A stretch of DNA of 64,000 bases, taken from the NCBI GenBank assembly GCA_012960245.1, contig DUBO01000051.1, positions 60,887-124,886 of the forward strand, in the 5' to 3' direction. A program made the position numbers and the translations under genes. Source of the DNA: Candidatus Binatota bacterium (GTDB lineage Bacteria; Desulfobacterota; Binatia; UBA1149). The notes beneath the pieces are model-generated. The model made no database searches, was not told the origin of the DNA, and worked only from the letters and a program-made list of their open reading frames with translations. Below, in pieces: positions 10,201 through 19,000 of the stretch (position 1 is its first letter; each line of letters begins with the position of its first letter).

Positions 10201-12509
10201 CGGACGTGTGTACCGATGACAGTTGCGATGCGTTTGCCGGTTGCACGAACAGCTTCAATGCGTCCGGCTGTAGCGACGGCAACGCCTGTACCACGGGTGA
10301 TACCTGCAACGCGGGTATCTGCGTTGGTGGACCGCCACCGGCTTGTGACGACGGCAACGTTTGTACCGCAGATCTTTGCGATAGCAGCGTGGGCTGCGTG
10401 TCGTTGCCTACGTCGGTGAGTTGTGACGACGCGGATCCTTGCACGATCGATGACTTCTGCGTCAACGCTGCCTGCGTGGGCTCCACGCCCCCGGACTGCA
10501 GCGACGGCAATGTCTGCACGGACGACAGTTGCGTGAGCGCGGCCGGTGGCTGTGTGAACCTGCCCAACTCGGCGCCCTGCGATGATGGCGATGCCTGCAC
10601 GACCAACGACACCTGCCAAGCCGGTGTCTGCGTGGGTGGCGCGGCGCCCGACTGCGACGATGTCAACGGTTGCACCGACGACACTTGTGACAGTGCAATC
10701 GGCTGCGTAAGCGCAAACAACACGGTGTCTTGTGAGGACGGCGAGTTTTGCACCGACGGCGACCAGTGTTCGGGTGGCTCCTGCCAGCCGGGTGCGGCCA
10801 GGGATTGCTCGGATGGCAACGCCTGCACGACAGACAGCTGCGATGACGCTGCCAACCAGTGCCAGCACGTGGCCGACGATGGCTTCTGCGATGACAGTAA
10901 CCCCTGCACGAACGATTTCTGTTCGACGGCAACGGGCTGCTTCTACCAGGATAACGGCTTTGCCTGCGACGACGGGGACGCCTGCACGACCATCGACACC
11001 TGCCAGGCCAGTGTGTGTGTGGGTAGCACGCCGCCCAACTGCGACGATGGAAACGGTTGCACCGACGACGTCTGCGACAGCGCGACGGGCTGTGCGAACA
11101 ATGACAACACTGCCCTTTGCAGCGACGGCGACGCCTGTACTACCGGCGATGCCTGCTCGGCGGGCAGCTGCTTTGGCGGCGCCGCGCCTGATTGCGACGA
11201 CGGTAACGTGTGCACGGCCGACACCTGCGACACAGCCCTGGGTTGTCAAAATACCAACGTAGCTGTCGCCTGCGACGACGGCGACGCCTGCACCACGACC
11301 GATACTTGCTCGGCCGGCGGTTGCGTGGGGGGTGCTGCCCCTGATTGTAACGACGCCAACGGCTGTACCGATGACGTCTGCAATAGCGCGACGGGTTGTT
11401 CCAATACTGACAACACCACGGCCTGTGACGATGGTGACGCTTGCACAACCGGTGATATTTGCGCGGCTGGTTCGTGTGCCGGTGTAGATACTTCGGCCCA
11501 GGATTGCGAAGACGGAAATTCCTGCACGCTGGACTTCTGCAACCCTGCGAGCGGTTGCGTGAACGCTGCTACGGCTGGTAGTTGCGACGACGGCGACGCC
11601 TGCACGGATGACGACCAATGTATCAACGGGTCCTGCTTAGGCGGAGGCGCGCATGATTGTGATGACGCCAACGGTTGCACCGACGACAGTTGCGACAGCG
11701 CGACTGGTTGTGCCAACAGCGACAACACGGCCGCCTGCGACGATGGCGACGCCTGCACCACGGCTGATACCTGTGCGGCGGGTAGCTGCGTGGGCGGGGT
11801 CGCGCCGGATTGCGACGATGGCAACGGTTGCACCGACGACACCTGCGACAGCACGAGTGGCTGCGCTTACTCTAACAACACAGCCACTTGCGATGACGGC
11901 GAACCGCTCACCCCGGTAGACCAGTGCATCGCCGGCCAGTGCGTGGGCAGTGGATTGCAGTGCCCCGTACAACCAGTGGCGGGTTGCCGACAGCCGGTCA
12001 AAATTGGCAAGGCCAGGCTGGCGCTCAAAAAGAATGCTGTGGTGACGGCCAAGGACCGCATGAAGTGGAAGTGGGCCAACGGGTCTGCCACCGCGGCCGC
12101 CGACTTTGGTGACCTCGTTGGTGGTAGCGGTGAAGGTCTCGCCATTTGCTTCTACGATGAAGTTGCCGGCCAGGCCTCGCTTGTGATGGACCAGCTGGTG
12201 CCCGCGGGTGGCAGCTGCGGCGGCAAGGATTGTTGGGTAGAAACACCCAGGGTCATTAAGTTCAATGATCGATCGGGCGCAGCCAGCGACGGGATAACGG
12301 CATTAACTATCAAGCCCGGCGCCGACGGCAAGGCCAAGATCAAGGTCAAAGGCTCTGGTACGCGACTGGGAGTGGGTTCGCTGCCCCTGTCGATGGACAC
12401 CAAGGCTACCATGCAGGTCATAGCCGAGCCTGGTAGTTGCTGGCAGGCCGATTACTCGTCAGCTGCCAAGAACACCGACGGGCAGTTCAAGGCCAAGAGT
12501 TCGAATTGA
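7263..12509 (+). CDS. Exported di-heme cytochrome c peroxidase / MauG-family protein fused to Cys-rich repeat stalk and conserved C-terminal domain
   Basis: Signal peptide; LGKALFWD, CASCH (7545-7559), RNTPSTINAVFNWRNFWDGRA, CVGCH (8655-8669), AFKVPQLRNVELTGPYFHNG, LVAFLKTLTD; repeats from ~9999. Confidence 0.9.
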   Translation: MFVFSVVTNGFFSRAAVSTAALALILGSAATAFSQPAPPPAGEPLFAPPPSSLKTALVPEPSTLAEYVVDKQAAITLGKALFWDMQVGSDGVQACASCHFSAGADSRDKNTVSPGPNGVFDSLGPNGTLTAADFPFTSFADNDNRLSTRIHSDDVVGSQGVHKVDFLDVVLGSPLAFDQGTVLLDPTFQVGGVNTRQSTGRNTPSTINAVFNWRNFWDGRAQPLFNGVNPGGAHDPSARVIEILAGSDGVLGTLDDTVEAVSVLIDNASLASQAVGPPNSEVEMAWAGRIFPKIGKKMLAPGIIPLAKQLVHSSDSVLGALAKTNTNPNLPGLDASYETLIQQAFAPQWWDSDKVVTFPGTVACGDTLGIDASTCAGFPTISDPTGALLTTNEYTLMEANFSLFWGLAVQLYEATLVSDDSRFDQFMDGGGIGGNTEHLLNAEERLGLDVFRNIGFAPGVSAGLCVGCHVGAEMTAAATAAINSLEPFFPGEPPPVPELPVEQMLMAFGVGLNNLNFQTDPLAILTPEFAGVLTFDPRGSLMQITQDSVPTGACNLDGSCPNVTTAGFDGVPGTGDDGSVPQHCTCNNFDTATQTCVSEGCAPAIFTRDYLGTPGQTQLGATPPADCGVGSTLSAQLFPTGAGSLVNPLSFASALFVQQPDCAADLSTGTLGLAPGDYSFFVDGINRGTMRVIADVIYDFGFYNIAVTPTFDDVGVGGDSPPGQPISVARRAVMMADGEPCGQDPINNPLVCDMPELTGAFCLPGVSGNCTIQDPSFVAPGTLEVVDGAFKVPQLRNVELTGPYFHNGGKGTLGQVVDFYNRGGDFHEDNLLELAPEIIFLAMPQVDRDALVAFLKTLTDERVRYEAAPFDHPEISIPVGQVGDDLAVSDTNFDGNADDVFMHLAAVGAPGNCTGVDGSARSCDDNNSCTDDSCVPEFGCVNAPNTALCNDGDSCTTADQCDGAGGCAGVDTSLVDCDDADVCTDDSCDAFAGCTNSFNASGCSDGNACTTGDTCNAGICVGGPPPACDDGNVCTADLCDSSVGCVSLPTSVSCDDADPCTIDDFCVNAACVGSTPPDCSDGNVCTDDSCVSAAGGCVNLPNSAPCDDGDACTTNDTCQAGVCVGGAAPDCDDVNGCTDDTCDSAIGCVSANNTVSCEDGEFCTDGDQCSGGSCQPGAARDCSDGNACTTDSCDDAANQCQHVADDGFCDDSNPCTNDFCSTATGCFYQDNGFACDDGDACTTIDTCQASVCVGSTPPNCDDGNGCTDDVCDSATGCANNDNTALCSDGDACTTGDACSAGSCFGGAAPDCDDGNVCTADTCDTALGCQNTNVAVACDDGDACTTTDTCSAGGCVGGAAPDCNDANGCTDDVCNSATGCSNTDNTTACDDGDACTTGDICAAGSCAGVDTSAQDCEDGNSCTLDFCNPASGCVNAATAGSCDDGDACTDDDQCINGSCLGGGAHDCDDANGCTDDSCDSATGCANSDNTAACDDGDACTTADTCAAGSCVGGVAPDCDDGNGCTDDTCDSTSGCAYSNNTATCDDGEPLTPVDQCIAGQCVGSGLQCPVQPVAGCRQPVKIGKARLALKKNAVVTAKDRMKWKWANGSATAAADFGDLVGGSGEGLAICFYDEVAGQASLVMDQLVPAGGSCGGKDCWVETPRVIKFNDRSGAASDGITALTIKPGADGKAKIKVKGSGTRLGVGSLPLSMDTKATMQVIAEPGSCWQADYSSAAKNTDGQFKAKSSN
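9999..11950 (+). repeat. Tandem Cys/Asp-rich repeats in the peroxidase fusion
   Basis: Same CDDGDACTT..C / CDDxNxCTDDxCDSATGC units as in 1-6996. Confidence 0.85.
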
Positions 12510-13042
12510 TGTCGAGTCTCCGGCTTGAAGAATATGCGAAGAAAGCCCTGCTCGGGGTAGCGGTAGCCATGATTTTGGCGGCTATCGCGACCCCTGGCCT
12601 GGCTGTCGCCTCCTCATCCGACTTGGACAAGTGCAAGTTAGCCATCGCGAAAGCCGACTCCAAGTACGTGGGCAAGTACACCAAGGCCTCGCGACGGTGC
12701 ATGGACGACGGGGGCTCTGCTTCTGCCTGTATGGGTAGTACTGGCGGTGACGCTCGCTTTGTGGCCGCAGTGGGCAAGGCTCAGTCGCGGGCGAACAAGC
12801 TGGTCCTGAAAAAATGCTCCGCCTGGGGGGCCGCTGAAAAGGTTCGCTACGACCTCGGCTACGGTTCCAGCTGCCCAGGCATCGCCCAGCCCGGTAACTG
12901 TGATTTCGAACTTTCGGGGCTCGATATGCAGGGGGAAGACAATGACCTGCTCGAGTGCCTGGGGTGTCTTCATTCTCACATGGCCGAATGTTTGACTGCT
13001 GCTGCCTACAATATCGCCGTGCCTGGAGGTCGTTGTTTCTGA
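12509..13042 (+). CDS. Small exported Cys-rich hypothetical protein, paralogous to the N-terminal domain of the downstream oxidase
   Basis: ATG overlaps upstream stop (TGATG); hydrophobic signal; GYGSSCPG..CDF..NDLLECLGC aligns with GYPSTCPG..CDF..NDMLDCLLC of 13068 protein. Confidence 0.75.
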   Translation: MSSLRLEEYAKKALLGVAVAMILAAIATPGLAVASSSDLDKCKLAIAKADSKYVGKYTKASRRCMDDGGSASACMGSTGGDARFVAAVGKAQSRANKLVLKKCSAWGAAEKVRYDLGYGSSCPGIAQPGNCDFELSGLDMQGEDNDLLECLGCLHSHMAECLTAAAYNIAVPGGRCF

Positions 13043-13067
13043 CCAGCAGAAGCAGCCGAAGTCCGCG

Positions 13068-16000
13068 ATGAACAATTCTCAACCATTTTATCTACCGGTC
13101 TTCAAGACGATTCGGACAGCGCTGTTATGTTCGGTGTTGATGCTGCTTGTTCCCTTGACGGCAGTGGGCGCCGAGCAACAGCAGGCAGGGGATAGATTTC
13201 CTTCTAATCCGCTAGGAGCCTGCAGCACCAAGCTTGCTGCAGGAGGAGACAAGCTGTTCAAAAAGGCGGCCAGGGCACTGCAAAGATGCCAGAAGGCCGA
13301 CATGTCGACCTCGTGTCTACTCAACAGGCCGGCGAGCGTAGCGGGCGAGCTGTCGGGCTACGCGACCAAGGCACGACGTTCGATGGCGGGCAAGTGTTCG
13401 CGTATTAATTATGATTTGGCTGGATACCCTTCCACCTGTCCGGGTTTCGGAGACGCTTGTGATTTTACCGTGGCTGGCTGGGATGTCACCGGCGAAAAGA
13501 ACGACATGCTTGACTGCCTGCTTTGCATGTACGACGCAGCAGCGAGGCGGAGCCTTGAACTGCAGGTCGTGGTACCGCGTTGCGGCGACGGCATGGACAA
13601 CAGGCTCGACGAAATTTGCGATGACGGTAACGATGACAGTAACGACGCCTGCCTCGGAGACTGCCGCGCGGCGAGCTGTGGTGACGGTTTTGTCTGGGCC
13701 GGCCAGGAGAGCTGCGACAACGGTGACGCTAACTCCGATACAGAGGCAGATGCCTGTCGCAGCGATTGCACCCCTGCGGTCTGCGGTGATGGGACGGTAG
13801 ACAGCGGCGAAGAATGCGATGACTCGGGTGAATCGGCCAGCTGCGACAGCGATTGCAGCCTGGCTGTCTGCGGTGACGGTACCGTAAATGCCTCGGCCGG
13901 CGAGACTTGTGACGACACGGGTGAATCGGCTAGCTGCAACAGCGACTGTACGGTGGCCTCCTGCGGTGACGGCACGACTAATGGCACGGCCGGCGAATCC
14001 TGTGATGACGGCAACGGGGATAACACCGACGCCTGTCTCAACGATTGTTCCCCAGCCTCCTGCGGTGACGGTTTCACATGGGCGGGCTCAGAAGACTGCG
14101 ACGACGGGAATGCCGACAACAATGATTCCTGCCTGGACAGTTGCACAGCGGCGACTTGCGGCGATGGTTTTGCCTGGGCGGGCACCGAAGAATGCGACGA
14201 CGGCAACGCCGACAACGGTGACTCCTGCCTGGATAGTTGCGTCACCGCGACCTGTGGCGACGGCTTTTTATTCTCGGGCAGCGAGCAGTGCGACGACGGA
14301 GCGGCCAACTCTGATACCGCGCCCGACACTTGCCGCTCTGATTGCGAACTGCCGAGCTGTGGTGACGGGGTAGCCGACAGTGCGGAGCAATGTGATGATG
14401 GTAACGCCGACGACAACGACTCCTGCCTCGGCTCCTGTGTCGATGCGTCCTGCGGCGACGGTCATACCTGGGCTGGAATAGAAGCTTGCGATGCGGCTGG
14501 CTATAGCGCTTCGTGCAACCTGGACTGCAGCGTCTCGGTGTGCGGTGACGGCAAGGCCAACCCGGCGGCGGGTGAGGCCTGCGACGCGGCGGGCGAGAGC
14601 GCGGTTTGTGACCTCGATTGTAGTCTTGCGTCCTGCGGTGATGGAACGATGAACACGACGGCAGGCGAGGCTTGCGACGCGGCGGGTGAGAGCACAACTT
14701 GTGATCTCGACTGCAGCCTTGCCTCCTGCGGTGACGGAACAACGAACGCCACGGCAGGCGAGACCTGCGACACGGAAGGCGAAAGCGCCTCCTGTAACGC
14801 CGACTGCAGTACTGCCGCCTGTGGTGACGGCAAGGTCAACAGCAGCGCGGGCGAACAGTGCGATGCGGCGGGAGAATCTGATTTATGCGACGGCGATTGC
14901 ACGGTGGCTGCCTGTGGCGACGGCACCACTAACGCTACTGCCGGCGAGGCCTGCGACGACGGTAACAACAGCAACGGCGATGGCTGTCTCGATAGCTGTG
15001 CCACGGCCAGCTGCGGCGATGGCTTCGTCTTCGCGGGCGAAGAAGCCTGCGACGATGGCAACTCTTCAAACGCTGATGCCTGCCTGGCTGATTGTGCGGT
15101 TGCGAGCTGCGGCGATGGCTTTGTCTTCGTCGGCCAGGAAGCCTGCGATGACGGCAATTCCGACAACGGTGACGCTTGCCTCGACAGCTGCGAGACGGCG
15201 TCCTGCGGCGACGGTTTTCTGTTCGTCGGCGGGGAAGAGTGCGACGATGGCAACAGCAGCGACACCGACTCCTGTAGCGCGGCCTGTGATTCACAACGCG
15301 TAATTTCAGCCGGCGTGGTAGCGCTGGACCAGGTGCTTACCTACAACCGCTGGGGTAGCCACCAGGCTGCGGGGATGATTTTTGCGCTCCGGCGCGACGT
15401 GGTCGACATGGCCGGTAACCCAATAGGGGAGGGCGGAGTGCCAGGCCAGGTAATGCTCAGGCCAGGCAAGCGCCCGCGCCCGCTGGTGCTCAGGGCCAAC
15501 GAGGGGGATGTTCTGCAGGTCCACTTTACAAACCTGCTGGCACCGGCCAGGCCCAACGCCAAGGGAACGACCACGAGGCTGGCTTCGATGATGGTAAACG
15601 GCACGCGTGTGCTGGGCAACACCCACGACCCGGTCGTGACCGGGCTCGAGGGAATCGCACCGGGGCAGTCTACCGACTACTCGTGGAAGGCCGGGCACGA
15701 GGGCACAAAGTTGTTCTACAGCCTCGCCGGACCGGCTGGCGGTGGTGGCGACGGTGGCCAGCTTTCGCTCGGACTTTTCGGAGCTTTAAACGTCGAGCCC
15801 GAGGGCAGCAGCTGGTATCGCAGCCAGGTGACAGCGGCAGAGTTGGCGACGGCGCGGTCCCAGGCCGAAGCACCTGCGCTGCTTAACTACGACGCGGTAG
15901 ACATTGCAGGAGTGCCGGTGCTGCGCATGCTCGACGACGCCGGTGAACTTGTGCACTCTGATCTCAACGCGATCATCGCCTACGACCAAGCAGCAGATAA

Positions 16001-19000
16001 CGTGCAGTCGACCTCCGAGGCCACTTTCAGGGAGTTCTCGGTAATCTTTCACGACGAGATCGAGCTGACCCAGGGATACCCCCAACTTGATAACGATGTA
16101 CTCAAGCCGGTGAGCGATTCTTTTGCCATCAATTACGGCTCCGAGGGCCTGGGCTCGCGCCTGCTGGCCAACCGCCTGGGCGAGGGGCCGGCTGCGAACT
16201 GCCTGGAGTGCCCCTACGAAGAGTTCTTCCTCGAGTCAGCCGTGAGCGGTGACCCGGCCCTGCTGAATGTTTTCGAGGATGATCCCTCCAACGTTCACCA
16301 CAGCTATATCAACGACAACGTAAAATTCCGCAACCTGCACGCGGGCCCGAGAGAAACGCATATCTTTCACCTGCACGCTCACCAGTGGCTGGCCAACGCG
16401 GGTGAGGGTATCGACGACAACTCGGTATACCTTGATTCGCAGGCAATAAGCCCGATGAGTAATTTCACCTACGAGATCCAGTACGGTGGCGCGGGCAACC
16501 GCAACAAGGTCGTCGGTGATTCAATTTTTCACTGCCATCTCTATCCCCACTTTGCCCAGGGCATGTGGGAGCTGTGGAGAGCACACGATGTACTGGAGGA
16601 TGGAACCCGTCGCCTGATGGACGGAGAACTGGGACCGGGAACAAACCCGCTCACCGGGGTGACGGTTGGCGGCACGCCCATACCCGCGCTTGTTCCAATG
16701 CCCGACTACGCGATGGCCCCCGATCCCAGCTACGGGCCGAACGCATTGCCCGGGTATCCTTTCTACATGGCGCAGGTCGCGGGCCACCGGGCTCCACAAG
16801 CACCGCTTGACGTGGCCAGCGACGGCGGACTGCCGCGACACGTGTTTACTGACGGCGGCCAGCGAAGCACGGGTGCGGGGGCTGCCAGTTTTGATTTCCA
16901 CGTCGACGTGCAGGTCGCCAACATACAGGTGCTGCCCCAGGAGGGAACGGCGCTTGAGCAGGCCGCGATGGCTTTTCACGCCAGCCCCGGTGTGACTACC
17001 ACCACCCCCGAGGGTGACGCAGCTTTCTTTGAACTGAACGGCTTGCCTTCCACCGCCGGTGCCCCTTACGCTGAGCCCTGTCCGCCCCTATGCGGCAGCG
17101 CCCAGCAGGGCGAGTACCAAGCAGCTTGCATGGACGGCTGCACGGGCAAACCCTGGGATCCCGAGTGCTCATTGCGTTGTGAAGACTGCACCACGGCCCA
17201 CCGCACCTACCACGTGTCGTACATAGAGCTCGACCTGTTGGCCAACGCGGCCGGCTGGCACGACCCACAGGGGCGCATAAACGTGCTCGACTCAGACGTT
17301 TCTCTCTACGAGGGACAAACGACCACGGCGGATCCGTTTTTCTTCAGGGCTAACTCGGGTGAGTGCGTCACGTTCAAGCACACCAACCGCGCGCCCAAGG
17401 AGTTTGACCTGGATGATTTCCAGGTGAGGACGCCCGCTGATGTGGTTGGCCAGCACATCCACCTTGTCAAGTTCGATGTGACAAGCTCCGATGGCTCGGG
17501 CAACGGGTGGAACTACGAAGACGGTACTTACTCTGCTGAAGCCATCGCCGAATGGACGGCGGCCAGCAATGCTCTCGGTGGGTCGGCCACCTCGGGATAC
17601 GACGCGGCGGGCAACCCCGTCAACGTGTGGGGCGACGGCGCAACCTCGGGGGTGCCCACGACGCTGACGGCCGACGGTGGCTTTCAGACCACCACGCAGA
17701 GGTGGTGGGCAGACCCCTTGCTCAATAAGCATGGCCAGGACCGCAGCATAAGAACGGTGTTTACCCACGATCACTTTTTTCCGTCTACCGGCCAGCAGCA
17801 CGGTTTTTACAACGCGCTCACCATAGAACCTGCCGGTTCGCAGTGGCTCACGCCCGACCTGACCGATGATCTTTCGCTGCCGCTCGACCCCGCCCGCGGT
17901 GTGGGTACGCAGGCATACATAATTGCCGCGGACAGCAAGACCTGCACGGTGAGCGGGGAGGCGGTAGCCGTTGAACCGTTGCCCTGCAACTCGGACGCCG
18001 ACTGCCCTGAAGAAGAATGGTGCATGAATATGGACCACCGTGAGTTCATGATGGCGGTGGCCGATCTTGCACTTCTTTATACGCCCCTGGGTGTGCCCAT
18101 AGGCGCGCCGGCCCAGCCAGAGGCCATATCGAGTAAGGGTGGAACAGACGTAGTAAACTACCGTAACGAACCTTTTGCCGGACGCGGCGGCCCTCATCCC
18201 GATGCCGATTTGGATACGCTGAACTCGGGTAACGGCGTACCTTCCGGCGCGTTCAGCTCCTGGGTAAACGGCGACCCCTTTACCGAGATATTCAAGGCCC
18301 GCGAGGGCGAACGAATGCAGGTGCGGCTTATACAGGGCGCACAACAGGCCCAGCACAGCTTCAACCTTCACGGCGGGTTGTGGCCCGAGGCCATAGACGA
18401 CTCTGGGTCCCCGATGGTTCAGGGCCAACCCATAGGTATATCCGAACACTTCGAGTGCGACATGGGCGTGGCTCCGCCGGTGACCGGCGGCGGCGTGGCC
18501 GATTACCTGTACCATTTCGGCGCCAATGATCATTTGAACGACGGAAGCTGGGGTCTCATTCGCGTGTTTGCTGACGGGCTTTCTTTTGATGCCAGCGACT
18601 CTGAACTCAGGTCGGCGCAACTGGCCGCCGCGGCTGCCGGCGAGCGCAACGACTGCCTTGAGGATTCACCCGCGCGCTTGTTCGAGGTCGAAGCCTGGCG
18701 GGCCGCCGACCTGCTGCCCGGCGGCCGGCTGGTGTACAACCAGCGCGAGGACATTTACGACCCCAACGCGCGTATCTTCTTGCTGGCCGAGGACCGGGCC
18801 GCACTGGCGGCGGGTACCAAGGCCGTCGAGCCGCTCGTGCTCAGGGCCAACTCCGGCGACTGCATCACGGTGTCGTTGACTAACCACATGCCAGACACCG
18901 AGGTATCGATGCATCCGCAGCGCGTGTCCTACGACGTACGCTATTCTGACGGTGCCAACGTGGGCTTGAACTTTCTCCAGACCGCTATGCCCGGTGAGAC

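Noticed and set aside
1399..15290. Periodic DNA repeats that might suggest a CRISPR array
   Set aside because: Repeats are degenerate at third codon positions and in frame within CDSs; no identical repeats with unique spacers and no cas genes.
1028..15303. Many long antisense or alternate-frame ORFs (e.g. 1275-2777, 4218-5591, 10017-11618, 13409-14416)
   Set aside because: Shadows of the GC-rich Cys/Asp repeat codons (SSQ/VQ-rich mirror translations); no independent motifs.
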